A program made the position numbers and the translations under genes. Under the pieces are notes generated by a model. The model did no database searches, had not been told where the DNA came from, and worked only from the letters and a program-made list of their open reading frames with translations. A stretch of 64,000 bases of DNA from contig BCKQ01000003.1 of NCBI GenBank assembly GCA_001600695.1, forward strand, positions 1,494,526-1,558,525, in the 5' to 3' direction. Shown piece after piece: positions 31,824-44,696 of the stretch. The number at the start of each line of letters is the position of its first letter. Positions within the stretch are counted from its first letter, which is position 1. This DNA comes from Ascoidea asiatica JCM 7603 (taxonomy: Eukaryota; Fungi; Ascomycota).

Positions 31824-34055
31824 CTAAAAATCTCTAAGAAAAACTCGAGTGTTTTCATATTCTTTTCCTATAACATTTGGTATTTTATTCAAATCAATTC
31901 CATTTTCAATTATATGTGAATTTACTTCTTTAACATCTTTATAATTCTTTTTAATTTCATCATCATAATCATTCATTCTATTCACATTAATTCCATCAAT
32001 TATAAACTCTTTTAAACAATTTTTAAGTCCCTTTATTTCATAAATTTTTTCAATTAAATAATAATAATAATGTCTAATGAAAATAAAATAATCCTTTTTA
32101 GTATCTTGAATTAAAAAATCATCTTTATTAATACTTAAATTTTTTTCAATATAATCAAATTGATAATCATAACCTAAATCAATCATTTTTCTTTCATATA
32201 TCTCATCATAATATACAATATCATTCTTATTTTCATTCTCATAATTTTGATTCATTTTATTTTCAGTAATTGAATCAATTAATTCAATATCATTCAATCT
32301 ATCAAATAGTTTTGTTAAATCATATAAAATTATCTCATTTTTAATGAATTTTATAAGTTTTTTTTCATTCAAATTTTCATTTAAATTTTTTTTAACTCTA
32401 TTTAAAAAATTTGAACAATCTATACATTCACAATATTTTATATTTTTTTCTTCTTTTAAAAATTTAATCTTTTCAGATTTTTTATCTTTGAAATTTGAAT
32501 AATAATTTGTTAAAAAATAATCAATGAATATATATTTTAAGTAATTTCTATTAAAATATCCTCTTATATTCAAATATTTTAAATTTTTTAAAATAACTTT
32601 ATCATTATTTTCATTTTCATTGATTATCAGATCAATTGAGCTAAAAATTTCTCCAAAAATCGATCCTTTAATTACAGGATTAACAATTCCCAATGTATTA
32701 ACATTATTATTATCATTATCATCATTGTCATCATTGTTATTATTCTCATTCATAGTTGCAAGGTTAAAGTTTTCCATAGAATTTTCAACTTCTTCAATTT
32801 TTGGAAAACAAATCAATGTCAATTTCTCAAGTTTTTCCAATTTTAGAAAACAAACTTTAAATATTTTTGAAATTAATTGTTTATCCGACAGATTTATTCC
32901 TCTTATTTGAAACTCAATAATATTACTGAATTCTTCATTATTATTTTTACATAAAAAAACATCGAAAACTTCATTAAATAACTTTACACTAGTAACTCTT
33001 AAAGATATTTTTTTTATAATATTATAATTCAAAATCTCTTTCATTATATTACTTTTTTGAAGATTAATTTGATTTTGAATTCGAGTTCTAATTTGGATTT
33101 GATCTTGATTATCTTCATTGTTGTTATCATTATTATTATTATTATTATTGTTATTGTTATTGTTAAGAGAAATTAGTGCTATACTCAAATTTTTATTTGA
33201 AAATGAAATATAATCTAATAATCTAATGAATCTTTTATAAAAATTTATTTCATAAGTAATTGGAAGTTCTAAAGTGTTAATAAGTTTAATATTCTCTATT
33301 TTGGATCCATTATTGAATTCATTCAAAAAACTTGAATCAATTTTTAACTTATTTGATTTATTTAAAAATTCCTTCAAGAAAATTGAAATAGAAATCTTAT
33401 TTTTAGAATGTTCATTCAAACCTTTAATAAAATAATTAAATAATCTCTTGAAAATAGTCTCAGAGGTGGAATTAGAAAAATCTAATTGAATTAAATTGAA
33501 ACAATTAATCAAAATTTTTATACAAAACAATCTAGAAATATATACATAAAAATTAAAAAATTCATTTTCATATAATAAATTAAAATCTATATTGATTGAA
33601 ATCTTTTTAATTAAATTTAACAAATTTCTATTAGTTTTAAATGAATAAAGAAGTTTTGAAAGAATTTGAAAAAAATCTTGAATTCTTTTTAATTCATAAT
33701 TTTTATAATCATTATTAAATTTTGAATTTATTAATGATTTTGAATTGATTATATCTTCATCTGAATTTTCATTCAGTTTACTTATAAATAAATCTGTGAA
33801 ATAATTAGTTTTTCTATAAACCATTGGAAAAAATGTCCAATTCTTGGCGAAATTATTATTATTGACTTCATTATCTTTTGGAATTAATATTTTAAAATCT
33901 TGAATATGAATATTTGAATATAATTTCGTTATTGAAAATTTATAAAAGAAATGATTTGTTAAAGATAAGTTGATTAAGTCATTTTGATTTAATTCTTTTA
34001 CAATTCTTTCAATTATCTCTATAGATAAGATTTCGTGAATAGTATTTTGAAGCAT
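31824..34055 (-). CDS. Divergent F-box protein with LRR-like body
   Basis: N-terminal LSIEIIERIVKELNQNDLINLSLTNHFFYKFSITKLYSNIHI fits the F-box consensus; LKLEKLEKLTL and LKNLKYLNI are LRR-like; CECIDC motif. Confidence 0.65.
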   Translation of the reverse strand: MLQNTIHEILSIEIIERIVKELNQNDLINLSLTNHFFYKFSITKLYSNIHIQDFKILIPKDNEVNNNNFAKNWTFFPMVYRKTNYFTDLFISKLNENSDEDIINSKSLINSKFNNDYKNYELKRIQDFFQILSKLLYSFKTNRNLLNLIKKISINIDFNLLYENEFFNFYVYISRLFCIKILINCFNLIQLDFSNSTSETIFKRLFNYFIKGLNEHSKNKISISIFLKEFLNKSNKLKIDSSFLNEFNNGSKIENIKLINTLELPITYEINFYKRFIRLLDYISFSNKNLSIALISLNNNNNNNNNNNNDNNNEDNQDQIQIRTRIQNQINLQKSNIMKEILNYNIIKKISLRVTSVKLFNEVFDVFLCKNNNEEFSNIIEFQIRGINLSDKQLISKIFKVCFLKLEKLEKLTLICFPKIEEVENSMENFNLATMNENNNNDDNDDNDNNNVNTLGIVNPVIKGSIFGEIFSSIDLIINENENNDKVILKNLKYLNIRGYFNRNYLKYIFIDYFLTNYYSNFKDKKSEKIKFLKEEKNIKYCECIDCSNFLNRVKKNLNENLNEKKLIKFIKNEIILYDLTKLFDRLNDIELIDSITENKMNQNYENENKNDIVYYDEIYERKMIDLGYDYQFDYIEKNLSINKDDFLIQDTKKDYFIFIRHYYYYLIEKIYEIKGLKNCLKEFIIDGINVNRMNDYDDEIKKNYKDVKEVNSHIIENGIDLNKIPNVIGKEYENTRVFLRDF

Positions 34056-35039
34056 TTTTCTTTCTTTTTGCCAGTCGAATGAATGCTTGATTTAATATAC
34101 AGTATATAATTAATTGAATTGAATTATGAATTTTATAATTATAATTGATTTTTTTATATCTTTTTCTAAAATGTATTTATCATTGTTATAAGAAATTGAG
34201 GACTTAAAATTAAAAGGGGGAAAGTGCCAGGTACTTTACTTACGATAAACAATACGAAACCACGAATTAAAGGAGTAGACTCGTACTTAAAGTTAAACAA
34301 TTAAAGATAAAATAGATTTGATTAACTTTTTATTGATGATTAATAATATGATATTTGATATTCAAAAGTATGATGAATTCTTTCATGAAATGATAGATTA
34401 TGTTAATCAATTCAATTAAATTCAATTGAGTTGCATAAGCTTTGAAGAAAATATCTGTTTTTGAATGATAATTTTAATCAATTGGATAAAACTTCATGTT
34501 GGCATATTTTTATAAAAGAATATAAGATGAAGTTTAAGAAATTTTATAAATAATTTATCTTTTTAACTAATGTTGTTTCTTCTTGAATTATTGAAAGTTT
34601 GTTTTAATCATCTCGAGATAACTTTTCTTTATATTTTCAGTGGTCTTATCAATTTAATCAGTTCAAATAAAGGGCTTCAACAAAATTGATATAAAAAAGT
34701 TTTAAAAGTAAGGCGATATAATCATATGATACGTGCTTTTAAGTGTTAGTAACTACTGGAACAGATTTTGATATTTGTACTGTATATCTTTTAGGGGGTT
34801 CAAATATTCCAAAACAAGTATAAGTGAGATGATGATATGATTATAGCTATATTTATTAAAATCTATAAAGTAATATAAATAAGAATTGTTTAGAATGAAA
34901 TTAAATCAAAAAAAAAAAGAAAAACAGTAAAGAAAAACTTTTGAATCTTTTCATATAAAATGCAATACAGTAAATCTAAAGTGAAGAAAAATGAAATAGT
35001 ATTTTATGAATGAAATGAATTGTAAAAGTAAATATGAAT

Positions 35040-35225
35040 GTAAGAGTTAAAGTAAATGTTAATGTAAATGTAATGTAAATATGTTGTAAATATAAATATG
35101 AATATAAATGTAAATGTTAATGTTATATGAATGTGAGCGTAAATGTAAATGTAAATGTAGATGTAAATGTAAATGTAGATGTAAATGTAAATGTAAATGT
35201 GAATGTAGAAGTAAATATAAATGGA
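35040..35225 (+). repeat. Degenerate (GTAAAT)n hexamer array downstream of RPN4
   Basis: Many GTAAAT/GTAGAT/GTTAAT units. Confidence 0.75.
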
Positions 35226-35310
35226 AAAGTTGCCAAGATGATTATTGATGTAAATGTTGATAGTGTATATTAATTATTATAATTAAAATGGAGAAGGATA
35301 AATGAAATTA

Positions 35311-36284
35311 TTAAGCATATTCAAAATGTTCTTTAGCATATTTTATTGCATCAGCAGCTTCAGTACCTGATAAACCATGTTTAACTCTTACATGTCTACT
35401 TAAAGCATCACCTCTACTAAAAGTTTTTGGTAAATGAATAATTTTTCTATTTTTTGATTTATTAGATTCATTTTTATCCATTTTAAAATTATCATTAATA
35501 TCTTTTTCATTATTATCATTATTAATTTCTTTTTTTTTTTTTTCATTTTCATTTTCATTTTCATTTTCATTTTCATTTTCAATTTTAATGTTATTTTCAT
35601 TTTCATTTTCATTTTCAATTTTGATTTCATTTTGATTTTGATTTTGATTTTCATTATTATCATTATTATTAATAATTTTTTTATTATTTTTTGATTTAAG
35701 ATAATTTTTATAAATATTTTCACAAATTCTACATCTAAATATTTTTCTTTTTTCAGCATGAATTGTATCTTGATGTCTATTTAAATCATAAGGTCTTGAG
35801 AAATATTTTAAACATTCTTTATTTGTTAATGGATTAATTAAATGACATTGATGATCATAATTATTACTTAATCTTCTTGTTTTTAAGATATATTTTGAAT
35901 TTGGATAAGAAATTGAAGCAATTGAAGAAGATGAAGAACGATTATGAGTTTTTATTGAAGGAGATAAATTTAATAATGAATTAAAATCTTTATTTTGATT
36001 CTGATTCTGATTCTGATTTTGAATTTGGTTATTATTATTATTATTGAGGTTAAAACTTGAATTAGAGTTTGAATTTGAATTTGAATTTGAATTTAGAATT
36101 GAAGAGAAATTTTTAAGATTTGAGAATTTTTGATTATTTGGTAAAATTGGTTGATTTTGAGATAATTTTTGAGATAATTTTGAGAAATTAGATAAATTTA
36201 AATTTGAAGAAGAATTATTATTTGGAAGAGGTAATAGATGAGGAGGAGGAGAATATGAAAAAGATTTTGAAGTAAATTTTTTTA

Positions 36285-36330
<46 letters not shown>

Positions 36331-36488
36331 TATAATATGATTATTAGATGGTTTTTTAATTATATGAGTAGAAGAAGATGAATTTAAAGAAAGAGTTGAT
36401 TGATTTGAATTATTGAAATTATTTGAATTTTTTTTTTGAATAATTAATTTTTTATTTGATTTATTTAAAATTAAAGATTTTTGATCTA

Positions 36489-36525
<37 letters not shown>

Positions 36526-37821
36526 GTTATTTACTTTGATATTATTATTAATAATATTATTAGTAAAATTTGGTAAAGAAGTTGATAATTGATTAGATTC
36601 ATTTATATTTATATTATTATTTATATTATTATTTATATTATTTATAATATTTTGAAAATCATTATAATCATCATTAATTGGATTATAATTATCAATATTA
36701 AAATAATCTAAACTATTGAAATGATTAATAAATAAATTCTTATCTTTATCATTATCATTATCTTTCTCGTTATCAATATCTTTTATATTAGTATCAGTAT
36801 TTGTAATAGAGTTTGTATTTGTATTTGAATTTGAATTTGAATTGATTAGATTTAAATTTAGATTAATATTTGAATTTAAATTATAATCATTATCATTATC
36901 AAAATCTATATTTATATTTTTGTTATAATTATAGTTATAGTTGTTGTTATTATTACTATTATTACTATTATTATCGATATTATTATCAATATTATTATTA
37001 ATAATATCGATATTATTATCGTAATAATAATCATAATCATAATCGAAATCATCATCATCATCAAAACTTGAATAATCAGGATAATTGAAAATATTATTTA
37101 AATTTAATTTATTTTTATTAGTAATAATATTATTAGATTTTTTGAAAATTTGATCAGATAAATTATAATTTTTATTATTAATATTAACATTATTATTATC
37201 ATTAGAAATTTTATTAATATTATTTTCAATAGTGATATCATTATCATTAATATTATCATTAATATTATCATTATCATAATCATAATCATCATCTTCATCT
37301 TCCAGAATTAAAGCGCTATCATTAATGTTAATTAAATTTAAATCTAAAGATTTTTTAAAATCTGAAACATTTAAATCTAAATTCAAGTCTAAATCTAAAT
37401 CTAAATCTAAGTCAAGATCTAAATCAAGACCTAAATTTATATCATTGAATACATTTTTATAATTTAGATTATTACTGCTGTTATTATTGATGTTATTAAT
37501 ATTATTAATGTTATTGATGTTATTGATATTATTATTATTATTAGTGGATATTAGAGTATTATTTGAAATTATTGAATTTGGAAAAGTTAGTTGAGAAGAG
37601 AATGAATTTGAATTTGAATTTGAATTGTAGTTTGAGTTTAAGTTGTTAATGAATTTATCATTATTATAACTATTATTATGATTATGATTATTTATATTAT
37701 TTTTTATGTTTATGATCTTTTTAATATTGTCAATCTTATTTATATTTATATTTATATTTGAATCTGAATTATTAGGAATATTTGAGTTATTTGAGTATAT
37801 ATTTTGATGAGAATATGTCAT
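35311..37821 (-). CDS. RPN4: Proteasome transcription factor Rpn4
   Basis: Atypical finger HQCHLINPLTNKECLKYFSRPYDLNRHQDTIH; second finger FRCRIC...KTFSRGDALSRHVRVKHG; acidic N-terminal tracts. Confidence 0.92.
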
Positions 37822-37982
37822 TAGAGATTGAATGGGATGGATTAGTAAGAAGAAGAGTGTTTAGAATAGGCGAAGAAGAAGCAGAAGAAGCAGAAACAGA
37901 AGAAAGAGAGGAAAGAGAGGAAAGAGAAGAAGAAGAAGAAGAAAAGAAATGGTTCTGGAGAAGGAGCTGAGATTCAGGCTGG

Positions 37983-38214
37983 TATTTATAAGCTCCGATC
38001 ACAATGCAACTTTAAAAGCGGTGGGAGTGTACGCAGAACCGCGACTGCGCTGCTTGTTGGGCTCGTTGCTGTGGCCCCGTTTGGGATCCGTTGCAGTGGT
38101 TTTTTTGTGAGTTGTAGACACGCCACACCAGTTCCCATTTAAGAAATGCATTGGAAGTGAGTCATTTGTGGCGTGTTTCGATTTTCATTTCATCAATCTT
38201 GAAAGTCACATGAT
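37983..38214 (-). promoter_or_regulatory. RPN4 promoter
   Basis: TATAAATA near 37983-37990; TGACTCA (Gcn4/AP-1 type) at 38158-38164; GTCACATGAT at 38205-38214; several GTGGC cores. Confidence 0.5.
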
Positions 38215-38312
38215 CGTTGTTTCTAATTCGACCCCTACTTGGGTTGACACTCTACAGAATAAATATTATGAATAAGTGTTAAGGGTTGTTACTGTTACTA
38301 TTACTATTACTA

Positions 38313-39020
38313 TTATTTAAAATTATATAAAGCATTTTTTTTAATATTTTGTAATAAATCATCAGATTTTTTATCATTTTTTTCAATAATTAAAGATTTT
38401 AAACATTTATTTTCCATTTCTAATTTTAAAACTAATTTATTCATTTCTTCAATTTTTAAATTTAATTCATTTAAATCATTTTCCATTTTTTTTTCTTTCA
38501 ATTTTTTTTTGATTCTAAATCTTGCAGAAGCTTCTGTATTTCTTTTTTTTTTTATAACTTTTGTAACATTTGTGACATTTGTAACTTTTGATTCTTTAAT
38601 TTGTTCATTTTGTTTATCTAATAATGGGGGGATTTGATTATGCTGCACTTTTGCTTCATTATGTAAATCATTTCCACAAACATTATTAATAAAATCTAAT
38701 AAATATAATTCATTTGGATTATTAACATTATTATTAACATTCATAACTGAATTTAAATCATTTAAAACTTTTTCAGGTTTAATAGCTAAACTATCATTTG
38801 CGAAAAAATCAAAATTAAAAAATTCAGTATTATTATTATTGTTATTATTATTATTATTATTGTTGCTAATATTATTAGTATTACTTGAATTGATATTATT
38901 ATTTAAATTATTAATATTATTAGTGGAATCTAAATTGTTATTGTTATTGTTATTGTTACCATTACCAATAATAATCTCTTCAAAATTTAAATCTTGAAGA
39001 TAATTATATGGTGATGACAT
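38313..39020 (-). CDS. bZIP transcription factor of the Met4/Met28 (Cys-3/MetR) sulfur-regulator family
   Basis: KKKRNTEASARFRIKKKLKEKKME...LEMENKCLKSLIIEK; FFANDS resembles the Met4 activation motif. Met4 versus Met28 cannot be resolved by eye. Confidence 0.75.
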   Translation of the reverse strand: MSSPYNYLQDLNFEEIIIGNGNNNNNNNNLDSTNNINNLNNNINSSNTNNISNNNNNNNNNNNNTEFFNFDFFANDSLAIKPEKVLNDLNSVMNVNNNVNNPNELYLLDFINNVCGNDLHNEAKVQHNQIPPLLDKQNEQIKESKVTNVTNVTKVIKKKRNTEASARFRIKKKLKEKKMENDLNELNLKIEEMNKLVLKLEMENKCLKSLIIEKNDKKSDDLLQNIKKNALYNFK

Positions 39021-39920
39021 TATTTTTTTAAGATTATTCTATTTTTAAGAATTAGTATTTAAAAAGATAAATCATATAATTATATTATATTATATTATAT
39101 TATATTATATTATATTATTATATTATATAATAATACTTTAGTTATTAAATTAAGTTATAAAGTCGAGTAATATGAATAAATGATTAAGGATATAGAATAT
39201 AGTTAAATTTGTAAATTATTATTATTCTAATAATTTAATATTAATTTGAGGATACTCTTCTCTTTTATATTCACCATATAAACATATAAACTGTTTAATT
39301 TCCAGTTAATTTCCAGTCAACTTCCTCGACTTAATGATGAGATGACAAATTAAAAAATAAAACTTTTACGTTTCACTTCACTTTAATTTGATCCAACGCA
39401 ATTTGCGCAACTTTCTCATTTCCAATACTTTTTTTATTCTCGTATACAAACCGTACACAAACCACTTACTTCTATCCGTTAACAGCGCGCATTATCCTCT
39501 CCAGTGTTATTCTTGCTTCTGCGCTCCTTTTTCTTCCCAATTGGCTAGTTCTTTCCTCGCACATCCCTCTTTTTCACTGTTCCTTTTCATTTTCCATTGC
39601 TTTCACTTTGCTTTCACTTTGCTTTCATTCAGCTGCCGCATGCCCATTTTTCTTTATTATTCTTGACTCTGTTCTGTTTCTTTGAATCCGATCCGATTTC
39701 CTCTTCAATTACTTCAGAGTCAATCAATTTTTCAAATCTTCACTTCTTCCGAAGTTCCAGGTCATATGATTGTGTTTTTTTAACTTTCCTTAAGAAGTAC
39801 CTTATTTCTGGCTTCATCCATAAACCTTAATTTTTTTTTTTTTTTAATACTTTTTTTTGAAATTTTATTAAATTTAAATCTATATAAATTATTGAATTAA
39901 ATCAAATTAAATTCAATTCA

Positions 39921-40643
39921 TCAACTGACCAATTGATCATTATTGTTCCTATTATTATTGTTCCTATTATTATCATCTCTTATATCTTCATCATGTATTG
40001 AAAAATCATCTTCCTGACTTTCAATTTCATTATTATGTAAATTATCTAATTGATTAGATAATTCAATATCTTCACTTATTATATTTTCATTTTCATTTCC
40101 ATTTCCATTTATATTTCTATTTCTATTTCTATTCATATTCATATTCACATCTTCATAATTGGAATTTGTACTTATATAATTCTTTGGTGTTTTCAATCCA
40201 AATTTAATTAAAAAATTATTTAAAATTCCTTCATTTCTTATTTTCTTTTTATTATTATTACTATTATTATTACTATTAATTTCAAAATTCTCATTTGTTG
40301 GTAAAAGTGATGATTCAAAACTTTCATCTTCTTCATTTTCATAAATATCACTTAAATTACTTGATTCATTACTCATATCATAACTATTATTATTATTATT
40401 ATTAAGAAATTTATTATTTTCTTGTAAATCTGCCCATTGAACTGATTTTTTTGATTTTTTATGTCCTGTAACTTTATTTTGATTTCTTCTATATGAAAAT
40501 ATTTTATTTTCTCTATTACTTTTATTCTTTTTTGCCAATATACCTTGTATATGACGATTATTATTATTATTAATACCATTAGTATTACTATTACTATTAA
40601 AATTACTATTAGTTTCTCGATGTATACTATTATCATTATCATT

Positions 40644-40684
<41 letters not shown>

Positions 40685-42470
40685 TATTGGTATATTTACT
40701 TCTATTCATATTTGAAAATTTATCTTGATATTTATAATTATAATAATATAATCCATAAAGTATTCCTCCAAATATAAATGAATATATAATATATTTCATT
40801 ACTTCAACTCCTTCACTTTCCAGATTATTTCCATTATTTTCATTACCTTGATTATTATTTTCTTTATTAGAATCAATTGTACTATTACCTTTATCATTAT
40901 TAATATCATTTTCATTAAATATTTCTTTTTTATTTAAATAATCATGAATTGGAGTAATAATTTGACTTTCTTTATTATTATAATCATTTTCATAAATTTC
41001 ATCATTCCATTTATAATTTCCCATAATATAATCAATAATACCTCTGGAAATTAATGGTTTATCATATGGTACCATATGACTACTATTAAAAACTTTAATA
41101 ATTGATAAATTTCTTTCACTAATAATTTCTCCAACATTATTATTATCATAAATCCAATCAACATAATTTATATTATCTGAAAATCCTTTTTGATTTAACC
41201 ATGTTAATTCTTTTACAAAATTTTCTGTACCTAAATAATTACAAATTATATCTTTATCACCACTAAATAAAATTATTGGAATTTCTTTATATAAAATATT
41301 TGATAAAAATTTTAATGAAATTTTTGAATTTTTATTTGTTAATTGACTATTAACATTATTATCACATTCATCCCAATTTTTTTTAAATTTATAAAATTCA
41401 TTATTTAAATTTAAAAAATTTTGAATTTTTTTTGAATTTAAAAATGGTTTAACATTTTTTAAATCATATGGCCAATTCATTCCACATGATGGAAAATCAT
41501 CTTTTAATCTTATATCATACATATTATAACATTTATATTTTTTATCATTATTATCATAAATTAAAGTATCTTTTAAAATTACATTAATAATATTTTCACA
41601 TTTTGAATATATATAATTTTTTTCATTTTGACTAATATCTGGTTTTTTTAAATTTGGTATTAAATTTTGACAATTTTCATGAATTTTTAATAAATCTTTA
41701 AAAAAATTATCATTTTTATTAATTAAATTATTTTCTAAAGCATATGGTAAATATGATAAACCTTGATTAATTGGATCAATCCATCCATTACCAATAATTA
41801 AACCTTTTAAATTAATTTTTTTATTAAATTTAATTTTTGAATTTAAAATTTCATTTGCAAAATATGGTATATATTGACCTGCATAACTTTCACCAGCTAA
41901 ATATAAATTTTTATTTAAATCATTTGGAAAAATTTTAAAATAATTTTTTAAAAAAATTAAAAAATCAAAAGATATTGAAGTTAATTCATTTGAATATAAA
42001 TCACCATATGAAAATCCAGTATTTACAGGTTGATCTAAAAAAACTAAATTTGCATTATCAATCCAAGAACCATTATTTAAAATAATTTTTGAATTTGAAT
42101 TAATTCTAAAAGGACCAATTTCCATTAAAGCACCATCCATTGAAGAACAACCTGGACCACCATTTAACCAAATTATTAAATTATTATTTGAATCAAAAGA
42201 ATTAGAATTAGAATTAGAATTAGAATTAGGATTATTATTTTGAATTTTTTTACTAAATTTCCAAAAAAAATAATTTGTATTATTTTCTTTATGAATATTT
42301 ATATGACCAGCATACATTAAAGGTAAATCATTTTCATTATAATTTTCAGAACCTGGTAAATTTTCAACTTTATAAGGTAAAGATAAATCTATTGAATTTG
42401 AATGAATTAAATTAAATTTTAAAGAAATTAATAGAATTAAATGAAATAAATAAAATGGAAAAAATATCAT
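39921..42470 (-). CDS. KEX1: Pheromone-processing serine carboxypeptidase Kex1
   Basis: Signal peptide, [42 protein letters not shown], a single TM ([18 protein letters not shown]) and a cytosolic tail with VQWAD. Confidence 0.93.
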
Positions 42471-42949
42471 TATATTTAAATATATTTAAAAGAAAGACAA
42501 AATAAAGTAATATGAAATGAGATTAAGATAAAATTATAATATTTTTGAATCCCAAGAGAATGAAAGTAAATTGAAATAAATATCTAATGGATATTTAAAT
42601 TATAATTTTTTAAAAGGAGATTGAAAAAAGAATGAAAAATGATTAATGCCGAGAGAATATGAAATGAAATGAATAATATCTTCAGGTCATAAATAGATTA
42701 ACAAGTGAAGTGTGTTAATTATCATTTATTTTATTAGTTGATATTGTTTATTGTTGAGAGTATTGCAAAATATAGATATTTTTAAAGAATAAACTATTAA
42801 TATTAATATCAATTTTAATATATCGCAGTATGATTAAAAGAGAGGAATTATGTGAGCATGGTAATATATGGGACAAGGACAAAACATATATGGTTCAGTC
42901 TAATTGGGAGATGGGGACAGGGTGTTTGGTTGAGTTGGGAAAATGCTTG

Positions 42950-43135
42950 AGGGGCGTCAGGGCACATGACAGTACTGAAATCACGGCAGCATCGGAAAGT
43001 TTCGGAAGGCCACGTCATCCGGAAACGGAGGGGACGGGATTTGTTCCGGAAGTGGCTTGAAGGTGGTGACTGTCTGAAGGCGCGTGACCGTGGTTTGGGT
43101 TGGAGCCCCGCAAGGCTGGTCTCGGCGCTGAGATC
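42950..43135. promoter_or_regulatory. GC-rich KEX1/NAT5 divergent promoter with repeated CGGAA
   Basis: TCGGAAAG, TCGGAAGG, CCGGAAAC, CCGGAAGT, plus CACGTCA and GCACATGAC. Confidence 0.45.
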
Positions 43136-43313
43136 AGTCAAGAAACTCGTATTTGAGATTTGGGATTTGGGATTTGGGATTTGAAATATTTTCTTTCAGG
43201 TGAATAAAAAAAGGAATAAAAGTCATTAACATAAGATATGAGATATGAGATATGAGATATTAGGTTGATTAGGATAAGATACAATAGTAATAGAATCAGT
43301 ATTGGAATTATTA

Positions 43314-43664
43314 ATGGAGAATCAATTGAAAATGGAAGAATCAAAAGAAGTAAAGGGAGTGAATGGAGGAGTAAAAGAAGAAGAAATTGAGAGTAAATAT
43401 ATAACTATAGATGATTTCACAATTAATAATCTTGGAGTTGTTAAGAAAATAAATGATTCATGTTTACCAATTAAATATCCAATTGAATTTTATGAAAATA
43501 TATTTAAAAATGAAACAAGTAAGAATAATTATAATAATGAATTAAATAAAATTGGATATTTTAAAGAAATTCCAGTTGGTATAATTAAATCAAGATTAAT
43601 TTATAAAGAAAATGAAAATGAAATTATAAATAATCCATTAAAGAATAAATTTCATTTTAAATCA

Positions 43665-43700
<36 letters not shown>

Positions 43701-43991
43701 AAAGTAATTAAAGATTTATTACCAATTGGAATTTATATTGATTCAATTTGTGTTTTAGAAAATTATAGAAATTTAGGTATTAGTAAAAAATTATTAAATA
43801 TAATTATTGAAAATTGTAAAAAAATTTATTTACATGAAATTTATTTACATGTTTGGGTTAAAAATAAAGAAATTTTAAATTATTATATAAATAAATTTAA
43901 TTTTAAAATTAAAATTGAAAAAATTAAAGATTATTATAAATATTATAATTTAGAAGAACCAGATGCAATTTTATTATCATTAACTGTTTAA
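43314..43991 (+). CDS. NAT5: N-terminal acetyltransferase Nat5/Naa50
   Basis: ITIDDFTINNLGVVKKINDSCLPIKYP..FY, YFKEIPVG, YIDSICVLENYRNLGISKKLL, YLHVW, DYY. ATG at 43314 or 43332. Confidence 0.85.
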
Positions 43992-44029
43992 ATATTCAAA
44001 TTAGAAATATAGTTATGTAATTTATTGAA

Positions 44030-44066
<37 letters not shown>

Positions 44067-44495
44067 ATAGATTGATTGATTGATTGATAGATAGATAAGT
44101 AAATAAGTAAATAGATAGATATATTGTTTAATATATTATATAATATATCATAGATAATTCATAACTTCATTAGCGTTAAGTAACTGAAACTTTAGTAATT
44201 GATACTTGAGTAATTGAGTAGTTTATTGATTGATAATAATATAAGTTAAATAGAAATGAAATGAATAAATAATATATAAAAAGACAATAGAAATGAGATA
44301 AATGAGATAAATGAGATAAATGATATAAATGATATAAATGAGATAAATGAAGTGAAATTATAATAAATGAGATATAATGAAATGATGAAATAAACAACAC
44401 AAATAGATATAAGATATAAGATATAAGATATAAGATATGAAATATAGGATAAAAATATGCAAAGAATATAAGAGGAATTTAAGATAAATAAACCA

Positions 44496-44696
44496 TTAAT
44501 AAGAATAATAATGATTACTATTTAATTGTTGTAATTTTAACTGAGTTTCTCTTATTGATATCATTCTTTGTAATTTTTTATTAGCACAAACAAAACATAA
44601 TTTATGTTGATGATTTGCAAAATAATGTTGAATCTTTTGTGGTGATGAATACCATATTGTTATATCTGTATTACAACTTGGACAATAACTTGACAT
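44496..44696 (-). CDS. Putative 66-aa zinc-binding microprotein
   Basis: AAAAAATG start context, CPSC...HKLCFVC, non-repetitive sequence, AT-rich UTR-like flanks and a long upstream regulatory region. Confidence 0.55.
   Translation of the reverse strand: MSSYCPSCNTDITIWYSSPQKIQHYFANHQHKLCFVCANKKLQRMISIRETQLKLQQLNSNHYYSY

Noticed and set aside
43009-43040. SRP RNA helix 8-like TCCGGAAACGGA hairpin
   Set aside because: It lacks the SRP54-binding internal loop and the Alu motif; better explained as CGG promoter sites.
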